Position numbers and translations under genes: made by a program. The notes beneath the pieces are model-generated. The model saw only the letters and a program-made list of their open reading frames with translations, made no database searches and was not told where the DNA came from. Source: Eutreptiella sp. 'Long Island Sound 2002' (lineage: Eukaryota > Protista > Euglenida). From it: a stretch of DNA of 64,000 bases. The stretch spans positions 169,322,001 to 169,386,000 of the forward strand of contig OZ038378.1 in the NCBI GenBank assembly GCA_964036045.1, in the 5' to 3' direction. This document shows, in pieces, positions 12,791 to 24,583 of this stretch (position 1 is the first letter of the stretch; the number at the start of each line of letters is the position of its first letter).

Positions 12791-13379
12791 TATGGTGCTT
12801 GCCCTGATGGGGTGTTAACCTAGTGATGTTAGCCTGGAAATAACCAGGGGGCATTGTGCTCTTCAACATAAATACCCCTAGCACCAATATTCTGGTATGT
12901 TCCCATTTCAGGTACACAATTGCACCCAACTTTGAGCAAGCGTGCGTGACTGTGAGAGGCAATGCAGTGCAAGCGTGTGCAATCGTGCGTAACCGTCCGC
13001 GCATGGTTGTAACCACATGTCTGGGCAAGTAGGTTACCGTGTAGTACAACTGCTTTTCAGTGTCATGTCTTTTGTATGGCCCGCTTGTTGTTGAGGTCAG
13101 TTGTGGGGAGCATTGTGTTTTGGGAGGGACACTTTTGCTGGGGGAAGCGGTTCAACAAGGAGGGGGCAGTTTGGACAGAGGGTGATGAACAGCAGGCGTT
13201 TCAACCGAACAAACACTTGTGGACCCTGGACATCATCCCATTGGTCAACCTCTTCAATGCACTCTCCTTTATCCCAAGCATAGGGAGCCTGATTTTCTGA
13301 TATGCGGGTGGCAGCTTCGCTGCTTTCGTGATTTCTCCTGGGGTGATGCCCATCCTCGTTACAATAATTGGGCCATCGG

Positions 13380-14866
13380 CACGGGTGGGCCGTCTCCTCG
13401 GTCCAGGTACGCGACCCCCCCCCCCCCCCCCCCTCCGGGCCCTCCGGGCCCACTTAGTTACCAAGGGTCGGCTACTAGCCATACATAGGGTGGCGCCGAA
13501 GGCGCCCGAAAATTTTGTCCCCTTTGCTGGGGACCCCCGGGAATGTAGGGTTGAGGTAGGACTCCGACGCTTCTTGACTCAATCCATTTCAGCAAACCCA
13601 CACGGGGCACCTGGACCCCTAACCAGGGACCAGCGCCGGATAGGGCAAGACGGGGCGCTATATAAATGCCGTTTGTTGCCCACCTAAACACCATGCTGCT
13701 GCGGCCAAACTAGCTTGTAGTGAGCAGTGTCACAAAACTTCCACCCAGCACAGTGCCCAAACCCAAACCCGTGTGTGCCGAAACCTAAACCAATACCAAT
13801 GCACTCGCCGCAGAGCGATGGAAGTAGGCACCCGGGAAAGCATTCGCCGCAGAGCGACGGGAGTAGGCACTGTCTGGGTGGCATGGTCATTAAGAATTGC
13901 GTGGTTGTAAGTCCACCGTATGGTTGTACGGCATGCGAATGCACTTCGATGCAAAGCATCCCGATGTCGCTCCCCCGGGTAGCCTTTGTGCCCCACCCTC
14001 GGAGCGGGATGTTGTCCTTGCTTGGACCGAATGTAAGAAGAAAAAAACGGGAGACAATGCGCAACAGAACGAGGAGGTGGATGTGGCAATGGGCCCCCCT
14101 TCGGCGACCCCCCCTGCCAATGTTCCCAACCCCTCTTCGTCTACCTCCTCCTCCTCCTCCTCCTCCTCCTCCTCCTCCTCCTCCTCCTCCTCCTCCTCCT
14201 CCTCCTCCTCCTCCTCCTCCTCCTCCTCCTCCACAGAGGCGTCATCAGGTGCAGAGCGCACACGCCCTTTGGAGAGTGTAGGACAGCGCAGGAAAGTGGA
14301 GTTGTCATGGACACGGCCCCGAAAGCGGCGAAATGTAAGTGTCTCTGATTCCGACTCATCGTCGGAGGGAGAGCTTTTTAAGTGAGCCGTGGACGAAATG
14401 GAAAAAAAAAGGTGTGTACCGCGAAGGAAAAAAAAAACTGATCGGGTGCCTCGTAGGCCTGGGCAACCTGCCAGGCACCCAGCTGCTCTCCGGTGTGACG
14501 GGCCGTGTCGGAGAGGACAGCATATATAAACGGCCCTCCCCAGGCAGGGGGTGTGGGCGCCTACAACCACCTTTGCATTGGTGAGGAGGTAGAGTGGAGG
14601 CCTCCGTTGTTGTAGAGTAACCCCTTAGGCCACCGCGTCTCTGCCAAACTGAACTAGACCTTTGCTAACCCCCTCCCCTAGCCCCCCTCCCCCCCCCGGC
14701 AACTAGCAGCGACTAGCAAGTCCCTTAGAGAAGCCCTCCTCGGCGGCTAGCCCCCCCCCCCCAAAAAAAGCCCCCCCCCCCCCCCCCCCCCCCCCCCTAG
14801 GGGCCTTCGGCCCACTTCTACTGGGGGGGGAGTCGCGTCTAAAAGCGAGGGGACGGCCCCCCCGTG
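13380..14866. mobile_element. hAT-family non-autonomous element (1487 bp) with cargo
   Basis: Perfect 8-bp TSD GCCATCGG (13372-13379, 14867-14874); about 40-bp imperfect TIR starting CACGGG(T/G)GGGCCGTC. Confidence 0.9.
14144..14232. repeat. (TCC)n microsatellite
   Basis: Seen directly, inside the hAT element. Confidence 0.95.
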
Positions 14867-15351
14867 GCCATCGGCCTCAGAGACTCTAACAGGACCGAAC
14901 ATGTGCAGTTCAAAAACGTATTTGCACTCGTGCACCTGCTCTATCAGTGGAATTTATGTTCCGTCCCCATCAGTGCTCAACCCCAAATCAGCAGTCCAAC
15001 AGGGATCCTGTGCTGGGGCAGGCCAGTCATTAGGCATACACAGTACAGATGCCTGCAGTGCCTCAGAGCACAGACCGCACACGAGACTACACGCCTACAC
15101 ACGCGTTTCTGCAGAGGTGGATTTCATTAAAAAGGGTGATGCCAAAAAGCGCTGCAAGCGTGGTCATGGTCCACATGCACGGACCACCCCCAAAAGGCAG
15201 AATCGGGTGAGGAGAGGAGCAAAATTTCCATGAAGCCGATACTCGAAATTGATAGCTGGGTTGCGTGCCTCGTCATGGAGACAGAGCGTGGTGTTCATCA
15301 ACTGAGAGTTGTGGGGACAGATGCGGTACGCATTCAGCGCCCGAAACGGAG

Positions 15352-15431
15352 AGGGAGGGAGGGAGGGAGGGAGGGAGGGAGGGAGGGAGGGAGGGAGGGA
15401 GGGAGGGAGGGAGGGAGGGAGGGAGGGAGGG
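15352..15431. repeat. (GGGA)n microsatellite
   Basis: Seen directly, about 20 units. Confidence 0.95.
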
Positions 15432-18400
15432 GGCCTGGCGAGGGAGAGAGGACACAACAGAGAGGATATGACCCACATCAGTGGTGACCACCCTCCGAGC
15501 CTCACGTGCCTGGATTGCGCGTGCGGCCTGCTGGCACCGGCGAGGGAGTGGACGCCATGGGGGCAGTACGCTGTGAGAGTGAGAAGTGGTGCCATCGTCA
15601 TATTCTCGCGAATAAGGCATGGATAGGCATGGACAGTCCAGTGCATTTTGGAATGTTCTCAGATAAACGGGCGACTGAGCAGGGCCCTGTGCAAATACGT
15701 AAATGACGCTTGTTGCGCAGGTTGGAAGAGGAAGGAGTTGGGATGGGGGAAAGGTGGGCAGGCTCATGTACTGGATTGGCACGGGGCACACCGCACCCCA
15801 TGGCGGAAATCCGGAGGAGCCGATCCTTTGTAGCCAATTACGCCGACAAATTAGAGAGTATTCTACCTCCATGTTTGGGTTAACCCGGGGCATTGCCCTT
15901 CTGATGTGGGGGGGGGGGCTTCCGACGGCACTCCTTGTGTATTCAGGCCCCTGGAGTTGTAAAAGTTGACTCCTCTGTCCTTACGTCGCTGTACTGTACT
16001 CCCTGGATGTATGTCAGCCCAAGTACTCCTCGAACACCTGTAAATATGAACAGTGAGCGACCTGGAAAAAAAGACGGTGGCACAGACCAGAATGCAACGG
16101 TGCAAACAATGGCCTCAGTGTCATTAGGAGACATCACTCTGAGCAGCACGGCGCTGGGCCTGAAGTGCAAGCAGCTGAGCATACAATTCTTGTATCACGC
16201 ATTTTGTGAGATTTAGATTCTGTGGAACGTCTTTGCCCATGAAGCAGGAACAATGCATGTCCACAGCAGCCTGATTAGAAACCTCCTTTCCACGCACCCC
16301 TGCACCGTTGCAGAGTGGACTGCCCATATGCAACAATCAGGGAGTGCTCTTACTTGTCCTTCGTGAACAGAAGTGCCCACAATTTCAATGACCCATTCTA
16401 TACCACTGGCGCTCCACCCTGAAACCAATAGAATCTGGTGATTGGTGTCCATTTTCAGGCATGCATGAAAGAGTGGCGTCATGCTGAGCATTCGCGGCAT
16501 TGTGTAGTGGTTGTGTGCACAGGCACTAGTCACGGGTATGATCGATCGGTGTGCTTGACAGCTTGTGATTCTTTCTCGGTGTTGTTGTTCAATTTCACGT
16601 GCGTTCAAACCCACCCATCCACTCACAATTGCAAATTCTGGGTTCTTTATGGTCGGTTCCCGCATGCCTTCCGAATACCCAACTTGTGCGAAGATCCCAT
16701 ATGTGCGATTTGTGCTTTTTACAAAAATTTCGCCCTGGGTTTTGGATCAAACACTGCACGAGCACATTCTGCATTGTTCCCATCAGGTTTTATTGCAGAA
16801 ACGTGACTTGCTGTTATCAAATTTCTGACCGATTTCAAGGCGTTCTTGTTTGCAATGGTGAGGATGCTGGGAATTCAATTTTCCGGCCATGTATTTTGTT
16901 GGAGACGCTAGGCCAATGAAAAAATCTTTCCTGCTTCGGTGGTTGTGACATGACAGGCTGGCTGCAGTCACAGCAGGTGGCTATCGCCAAAAAAAAGAAG
17001 AAAGCCCTCATGAACATCTGGGCCTATACGAGCACTGACAGCGCTTAATGTTCTGGGGTTACAGACTGTAGTTGGTAAGCGTCTTGGCGTGCCCTATGGT
17101 AAGTGCCTGGACGCCCCCTCCAATATCACAACCTGCTTCAGAGTATACATGTATGACAGAAAAATTGACCAGCTGGGACAGGCACTCACACCTCGGATTT
17201 CACCCCTGCTACATTGTGATTTGAAATTCAATGAAATTCAATTCGATTTTGGCCATTCGCACAGCGGTTGCACAACAAATAAGGGGGGTTAGCAACAGAT
17301 GGTTGTGTGCCCACCTCAAAGGCCTGGTTCATCCGCCTGTGGAAGTGGTCCTCGTTGATCTCGCAGCATTCTGCCGGCTCCCGCTCCCAGCCAGCAGCAG
17401 CTCGTATGGAAAAGCCCTCAGTACAGTAGAGACTGACAACAAATACAACTATACATTTTGATTGGATCTGGAAGTGTATCGTTTTTCGCCCCCTTGGGCT
17501 TTGATGCTTCTATTTTCAACAATGCTGCATAAGGAATCAGGAGGTGCATGAACACAGGCACAACAAGGTGATTGATGCGCATTCATCCCACACACAAAAC
17601 ACCACACACTCTATGCAGTAAACCAGTAGGATACCGGAAGCGGTGCCAAGACGCCTGGCCGAAGCAGTGCCAGCGAATGCAAGGGCCACGAGGTGTCCGA
17701 GGATGTGATAGGCCCCTCTCCAGAGTACAGTAGCATACAGCCCGATGTTCTGCTCGACAAAATACAGCCAACCAGCTGAGGTATGAAAAGCTAGGTAGCA
17801 AAAGTGGGCAGGTGACAGGGAGCAAAGGATTGCCGAATTTGTGTGAATATTTGACCCATTGACCAGTCTGTACTTACAGTAATCTCCAGGTGGAGCAAAG
17901 ATGCAAGAACTGCCCAACGTTGCTGCATATGCATACAAGGACGTGCATGTGTGGAGCACCGGAAAGGCCTTCGTGTGGCCCCAAGGGCCCTCTGGCGAAC
18001 AGTTAAGGGGGGGGGGTACTCCGTGTCCAAACTGACCCCCCCCCCCCCCCCGCTCGAAACTAGAACATCAATGATGCAACGTCACTCCATGATACAAAAG
18101 GTCTGTTTGGCTTCTTACCTCCACACCTCCAATCCCGCAACACTCATTAAACGCAGTGATGCCTTCTGTGGGTTCCTGTCTGCAGCACTGACTGTGTTGG
18201 GTAAAACCTACAAAAGGAATCACAAGGCCCAATGCTACCTTCTCTGTAGGCTGTCCTTCACATCAACATAAGAGCCGGCCAAATCACAGTCCGAAAAAAG
18301 GTGAAACCAACCAACAATGGCCCACAGCTGAAGCAGATATCAAGATCCTCATGTTCATTCAGTTGCCTGAACATCAATAGCAAGCGTAGCACTACTCTTG

Positions 18401-18659
18401 CCTCATTGGTGGATGATTGATGGATAATCCTATTTTACACAGTGACCAAATTCATCCTCAGGTAACAACTGTCTGTTTCGTGGGTCAAACGGATGGTCTT
18501 TGCTGTGTCAAAAGACAACAAGTGAAATTGTGTAGTTGCAAACCCTCAAACCTGCACATGAGTTGTACCTCCTATTGTCGTGTTTCTCAGGCCCAGGGGT
18601 TGCCATTAGTACGCTCAGCGTTTTTTTTTTTTTTACTAAGGCAACCACTCTCTGATGTG

Positions 18660-18738
18660 GCAGGCCTGGCATAGCATAGTCGGTAGTAGCACTAGGCGCT
18701 GATTTCAGAGGACCTGGGTTCAAACCCAGTTGCCTGCA
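18660..18738 (+). ncRNA. Degenerate tRNA-like sequence (tRNA pseudogene or SINE head)
   Basis: Acceptor-like stem GCAGGC/GCCTGC plus discriminator A; A-box-like TAGCATAGTCGGTAG; B-box GGTTCAAACC in T-stem CTGGG/CCCAG; TTTTT at 18742-18746. The T-loop is 1 nt short and the anticodon stem pairs poorly. Confidence 0.6.
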
Positions 18739-18785
18739 ATATTTTTGCCTTCGCTTTTTTGGTGTTTTTTGTATCTTCATGTTTG

Positions 18786-19361
18786 CCCCCCGCTCTGAAG
18801 CCGTGGGGATCCCCGATACGGCAGGGGTGAGGTAGCCAATTCGCCCACTTGTGGGCCACTTCTGATTTTATCCCCCCGCTCTGCAGCGGTGGGGATCCCC
18901 GATACGGCAGGGATGAGGTAGCCACTTTGCCCACTTGTGGGCCACTTCTGATTTTATCCCCGCGCTCTGCAGCGGTGGGGATCCCCGATACGGCAGAGGT
19001 GAGGTAGCCAATTCACCCACTTGTGGGCCACTTCTAATTTTATCCCCGCGCTCTGCAGCGGTGGGGATCCCCGATCCGGCAGGGATGAGGTAGCCACTTT
19101 GCCCACTTGTGGGCCACTTCTGATTTTATCCCCCCGCTCTGCAGCGGTGGGGATCCCCGATACGGCAGGGGTGAGGTAGCCAATTCGCCCACTTGTGGGC
19201 CACTTCTGATTTTATCCCCCCGCTCTGCAGCGGTGGGGATCCCCGATACGGCAGGGATGAGGTAGCCACTTTGCCCACTTGTGGGCTACTTCTGATTTTT
19301 TCCCCTGCTCTGCAGCGGTGGGGATCCCCGATACGGCAGGGGTGAGGTAGCCACTTTGCCC
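18786..19361. repeat. 86-bp tandem array, about 6.7 units, alternating A/B variants (172-bp higher-order repeat)
   Basis: Unit starts at 18793, 18879, 18965, 19051, 19137, 19223 and 19308. Confidence 0.95.
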
Positions 19362-19375
19362 AACGCATTCGCAAC

Positions 19376-19819
19376 ATGATAGTAGAGGGTGCTAGGAAGC
19401 GCACCAAGCTGCTGACACTGCAGTTGAACAAGTTGGTAATTCTGTTGGATGCCGGAACACGGCACGCTGCCAAGTCAGAGCCAATTTCCGTTTTTGTCCG
19501 GGGGGACAATGGAGGGGAGATTTTTGTTGGTTTGGAGGACATGGTGCCTAACGATGATGTGCAGGATTGCGATCCTGATGCAGCAAATGCTGCTGCATAT
19601 GATGTTGCCGTGCAGAAAATTTTCCGCCGTCTTGATATCCCGTGGCAGTGGATTTTGGACAGGTTGGTGGGTGTTGTGTCTGATGGAGCAAGTGTCATGG
19701 GCTCCTATGTGGCAAGGTTGAATGCCGCGCGTCCCTCCAATGCTGACCCCATTGTTTGGATCCGAGATGCTGTGCATGGGCTGATGATGTTAGTGCTAGT
19801 GATGTTGATCAAGATGTAG
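19376..19819 (+). mobile_element. hAT transposase catalytic-core fragment
   Basis: LVILLDAGT (first Asp), LVGVVSDGASVMG (second Asp, TDGAxxM type) and IVWIRDAVHGLM (CxxH-equivalent motif, degenerate). Confidence 0.8.
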
Positions 19820-20855
19820 ATGCCCCCTACCCTGCCTTGGAACCGATAGTGCAGCAAGATGTACACCCTACCCCCCCCCCCCCCAGGTTCAGCGCCCTAC
19901 TAGTGACGGCAGTGCCAGAGTGCAGTTTCAATATGATGTGGACAGAGAGGTGTGCAAAGCCATGAAGCAAGGGACAATGATTGAGTGGACAGTGGTTGAA
20001 TTGAAGTCCATTTGCAGACTCCATAGTCTCTTAGTGCGCGGTACCAAGCCTGCATTGCTGGCCCGTGTGACCGCACACTTCTCGCAATTGTACCCTTGAA
20101 CAACGGATGTGGGCGTTTAAGGAGCCGGCGCGGCGCCCACACTGTGTTGTGCGTGTCTCTTAGTGCAGGGCCTTTGGTGAGGTAGGGCGTATTGGACACT
20201 TTGAGTTTTTTTTTTTCCTCTTACGGCAACCCTTGCTCAGGCCAATCTGGCCCCGTGGTTGCATTTTGCATTTGGAAACGGCTGCTTATGTGGCCGTTTT
20301 TGGGGACAGGCCAATGCATATAGCAGAGGACAACAGAAACACTCGCACGCTTATGTGTTATGATGTACGTACTGTATGATCCACCATTCGTCGTGCTTCT
20401 AAAAATGCGCCTTTTATCGTGGCGTTTTCTGGAGCTTTTTTTGCTCTATCAACTTAGCCAGCAGCACAGGGTTGTCGCTATGCAAGATGGACGATGATGC
20501 TGCAGCACAAATAGAAAGTTCATCCCAAGCTGCAATTTGTCATGGCGCCCCTCATGCGTCTATCCGCTCATGGTACTTCTTTTGCAATATGTTCGCCTCA
20601 TACCTTATGCGCGCTGGTGCACTGGTTTTGAGATCGTTGGTGGCACGTTCTGGCCCACTTGCTCTGACAAGGTGGGTAGTCTCATCAAAACTGCTTTGGT
20701 TACTGTAGGCCTGCATGCAGACGCAAATTCCTCGAGGGGTGGTGGTTCAAGCATGTATGCGCATCTGGAATGCCACTGGTGGTGAAAGTGGAAGTGCAAG
20801 GAATGTCCCGATTCTGCCAAAGTTCCGTTCCCTTGCCCTTTCTTGTCTCTCCCAG

Positions 20856-21154
20856 ATCCCAAGCCGGACATGGTTGATGCCAGAGACCAAGCATTTCTTG
20901 TGTTGCATTTGCAGTTCATTATGCTACCCAATTATGCTGTGGGCAGTTCATTCTGCTGTGGGCAGCATGATGGACTGCAAATGCAACACAAGAAATGCTG
21001 TCATGTGGGTTTTTCATGGTGCTGTTGCTGGTTTTCTGTGCCCGAAACCGATTATGTGACAACAGCTGAGCTGCAGTTCCAGGGACTGGGGTTTTTGCTA
21101 CGGAGGATTGCTGAGGATCTCAGAGCCAAGTCAGCGGCGGGCAAAAGCAAATAA
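20856..21154 (+). CDS. Candidate terminal exon(s) interrupted by a 165-nt hairpin insert (putative non-conventional intron 20879-21043)
   Basis: Strong acceptor TTTCTTGTCTCTCCCAG|; removing the insert gives DPKPDMVD|ETDYVTTAELQFQGLGFLLRRIAEDLRAKSAAGKSK*. The frame is uncertain. Confidence 0.4.
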
Positions 21155-21676
21155 TGCTTTTGAAAGGCGTCGAATAAACCCGAGTAGCCTATCATGCACT
21201 GCTTCATGCCTGGGGGCGCACCGTGCGCTGTGCCCGCGCTGTGCGTGTGCTGTGCGAAAACGCCCCCCCTACTCAGCCTTGATGTTGTGCTGACGAAGCC
21301 TTTCGTCGCGTTCAACGTGCCTGTGTGGGTGCGTGGTGCTCTAGACTCTTGGGGACCATGCACGTTTCTTCTTTGGTTTTCGATGGTTTGATGATCAATT
21401 TGGGGCAATTTGATATACTCTGGAGCCCATGTATGGGTTCGCTGTGCGTATTCAGCATGGCGGTGCACTTGAAGACCGAGTGCGGGCGCGTGCTCAAATA
21501 CCTCGAAGCAACGTTTCTGATTTGTCAATAGTTGTTTGCGCGGCTGGCTCACCGTGGGCAGGGGCACCAAATGGTTTCAATGACTCGAAAAGAGTTGCAC
21601 ATGATGGGGGTTGGACGCCCCCTTCAAACTGTCTCGTATTCGGTGCTTTGTCAAAGTTCTTTTTGGATGACCGCAG

Positions 21677-22016
21677 TCGTGAGTGACGACACGCACGAAC
21701 GCGATAGTGCCACACAACAGAGTGACAAGGCTCAAGGACATGGAATCGGGAAGGAGGAACCAACCGTGACGCCAACGAGAATTTCCTCCTCCTCGAAAGA
21801 GGCGAGGCAGCAACAGCTTCAACGCACTGAGAAAATGCTCCGGGTAGCCGTGGACAAGTTGAAGGCTATGCAAATGGAGCATGCTGCAAAGGAATCTGCT
21901 GCCCAAAGAGAAATTGCGGCGCTACAACTGCAGTTAAATGGTATCTTGAGGGTCAGCGCACAAGACATTGCAGAGCTGCGAGCTGAGCTGGAGATGCTTC
22001 GAATGGAAGATTCCAG
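21677..22016 (+). CDS. FYVE/coiled-coil gene A, coiled-coil exon (5' end of gene unresolved)
   Basis: Acceptor CCGCAG|, donor CCAG|GTCGAT in phase 2; heptad-rich translation aligning with gene B exons 1-2. Confidence 0.8.
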
Positions 22017-22834
22017 GTCGATTCTGCGACGTTCTTGTCACACCGTGTGTCACAAATGCATATCGATGTTCCATCTCTATGCTTGCGTGTTGATGGGCAA
22101 CATCCATTCGTTGGTTCAAGCGCGGCTTTGTTCACGTGGTCCATTATCATCAAAGAGTGAATGTTTCGCCGCTGATGCTTACGCCGAGGCGGCTAAGTTT
22201 GGCGCCTGACCGACACCACAAGATGTGGCCATGGGGATCTTTGTTTTGTTTGATGTTTGCAGTCAAGACGTTTCGGGGGAGGGGGGGGGGGGGGGCACTG
22301 AAGTAGTGTGACACAGAGTAAGTTTTTCTAGCCCCTGGGTGCATTGTTGAGGCGAACCTCGCACCAGGCGAGCAAACATTGTGGAATGGGGATGGCCGTG
22401 CGTGCAGTGCAAAGTTTCGTACGCTGCCGCCCCCTGTGGACAGGCTCGACACCCTCCGGGCGCCAACATGTGCACATCTGAGATGCACGCGGACCAGGAC
22501 ACAAACCTGTTGACCATGAGCATGCACACATCACGCGGCTGGAGAAGGTTGATGTTGCATCCCCACAAATGCCGACCAGACCCCCCCTTTCCCGGTCTAC
22601 CCCCAAGGACCCCCCTGCAGGAGTCCAAGAGGGCCCTTACAAAGCGTTGCCTACAGAGCACTTTGGACAGCGGCTTTCCAGACACCAGCAAGACAACAGC
22701 AAACATCCAGACACCACCGGGATGTACCGGCAAACATCCACGAGTTTCCGCAAATCATCAGCAAGCCGTGAGAAGCCACACTAAATACGAGCAAGCATCT
22801 AGACACATGTTACGGGTACGGGTCTGGCTGCATA

Positions 22835-23247
22835 CCCCCCCCCCCCCAAATTTAGTACCCCCCACAAATTTAGTACCCCCATGGCCTTATTGAGCAATCT
22901 GCCAAAATTAGTAGCCCCCTGAGCCTCCCAAACAAACGGAACATGAACGAATCGAGGGTGCACTTATTAGAGCTGCAAGCGTCACTTGAAGAATGAAGTC
23001 AGTTTCATTTGCTTCTTTGTATTGGAAGCACCAGCAGAGGCATGGGCCACAGCTGCAGAAGATGCTGCATTAGCTCCATCCGCCCCTGTGACACACACAT
23101 CTTCAAAATGTTCCTCCGGATCAAACTTATATACACGCGGCACGCACCTCCCAAATTTAGTACCCCCCAAATTTAGTACCCCCCCCGGGCCTTATTGAGC
23201 ATCCTGCCGAATTTAGTACCCCGGGATACTAAATTTGGGGGGGGGGG
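22835..23247 (-). mobile_element. pogo/Tigger-derived MITE retaining the transposase C-terminus
   Basis: TIR C-run+AAATTTAGTACCC / GGGATACTAAATTT+G-run; repeated AATTTAGTACCCC subterminal motifs; left flank TA; internal minus-strand ORF ending KKQMKLTSFFK*. Confidence 0.7.
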
Positions 23248-23442
23248 TGAGTGGGCTTTGGGGGGGGGGGGGGGTTGGTGGGTTCTTGTGGGGCTGGTGG
23301 GGGGGGGGTGGGCGTCACACGTTCTGCCGGGGCTGTTCACGGGACGGCAGGGTACTTTTCATTGGCCTGTGAATGCCTTGTACGCAACAAGTGCACTCAC
23401 GAATTGATGGCTGGGGTCCCATGCGCTCCATGATATTTCCAG

Positions 23443-23533
23443 AAAAGGCCGACAAATCCAAGATTTGGAGGAGACTGTGGGAGCGCAAGAAAGGGACAAT
23501 GAATCAAAGCAACTTGATATTGACCTTGTGGAG
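23443..23533 (+). CDS. FYVE gene A exon (RKGRQIQDLEE...DIDLVE)
   Basis: 91 nt, phase 2 in and phase 0 out; TTTCCAG| acceptor and GAG|GTATCT donor; aligns ungapped with QKDAQVRKLQE...WEMMN of gene B. Confidence 0.85.
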
Positions 23534-23863
23534 GTATCTTAGTGAGCCGTTGCCCTAAACAGCATGAGAATCCTTCCCCCTGCCCCGCTAGTTCTGATGC
23601 AGAGCACTGCTTCACACAATGTGCGTGAAGCGATAAACATGTGTGCTCGCCAAGATGGTTTTTGCACGTGATGAACAGTTGACTTGCTTTTACCTTGTCG
23701 CCAAAGTCTTCGCTTTGTTGCGTCGATTGCGTGCAAATCAAATGCATGTGGCCGCCTCCAGTTTCGATCATGCGTGCCAGGCATGAGCACCCAATCATGG
23801 CACCCCGTGGGTGCATATTGATCACAGATGCTTTGAGTCCGCCACCAGGGGAATCGCAGGAAG

Positions 23864-24146
23864 CACCACACGACACCACACCACACCACACCACACCACA
23901 CCACACCACACCACACCACACCACACCACACCACACCACACCACACCACACCACACCACACCACACCACACCACACCACACCACACCACACCACACCACG
24001 CCACACCACACCACACCACACCACACCACACCACACCACACCACACCACACCACACCACACCACACCACACCACACGACACCACACCACACCACACCACG
24101 CCACGCCACGCCACGCCACGCCACACCACGCCACGCCACACCACGC
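23864..24146. repeat. (CCACA)n pentanucleotide microsatellite, about 55 units
   Basis: Seen directly; explains the HHTTP and VVWCG repeat ORFs. Confidence 0.97.
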
Positions 24147-24445
24147 ACAGCAACAAAGCTGCCATCATTTGCCTATCGCATGTGGGCGCGAGAGCTGAGC
24201 ATGCCTTGCACCTACCATTCCCGCATTTTTCAGGCACGTGACCTCTGCGTCGCAGTAGGAGAGCCACCTGCCTAGCCCCCCCCCCCCAAAAAAAAACACT
24301 CCTTGAAAATGCATTTCACTCGGATGACCAACCTTGCTGCTTGGGTTTGCAATGTAAATGGGGTGCTTGGAAGAGCAGTGCTTAGAAAGGTTCCTGAGCG
24401 TCCTCGATAGGAGTGCATCTGGCCAGAACATGAACCGGTCCACAG

Positions 24446-24583
24446 AGCAAGTACCTTGGCGCCACCAAAGACTTGAACCGGCTGAAATTGGGGCTTCAAT
24501 GGAAAGATGAGAAGATATTCCAATTGCAGAAGACGAACAGCGAGCTGCAGCAAGAGCTGGACATAACCAAGTTTGACCATCGG
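24446..24583 (+). CDS. FYVE gene A exon (SKYLGATKD...TKFDHR, 46 aa)
   Basis: 138 nt, same length as gene B exon 44547-44684, with 17/46 identities by hand; AG and GT boundaries. Confidence 0.88.

Noticed and set aside
18830-18860. HDV-like ribozyme in the minus-strand unit (hairpin followed by GGCGAAT)
   Set aside because: No upstream P2 partner or P1/P3/P1.1 elements in the required order; the strand instead pairs locally.
18786-19361. CRISPR-like array
   Set aside because: The units are contiguous near-identical repeats with no unique spacers, there are no cas genes, and the context is eukaryotic.
20185-20220. Spliced-leader relic (ACACTTTGAGTTTTTTTT...)
   Set aside because: Only partial similarity to the recalled euglenid SL exon; mostly a T-run.
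21108-21391. Cys-rich stretch as an N-terminal FYVE of gene A
   Set aside because: No HHCR or RVC motif, and Cys spacing does not fit in any frame.
23397-24275. Long repetitive ORFs (VVWCG, HHTTP), and likewise the poly-E/S/P, poly-V, GREG and ARHF ORFs elsewhere
   Set aside because: They are translations of microsatellites and minisatellites.
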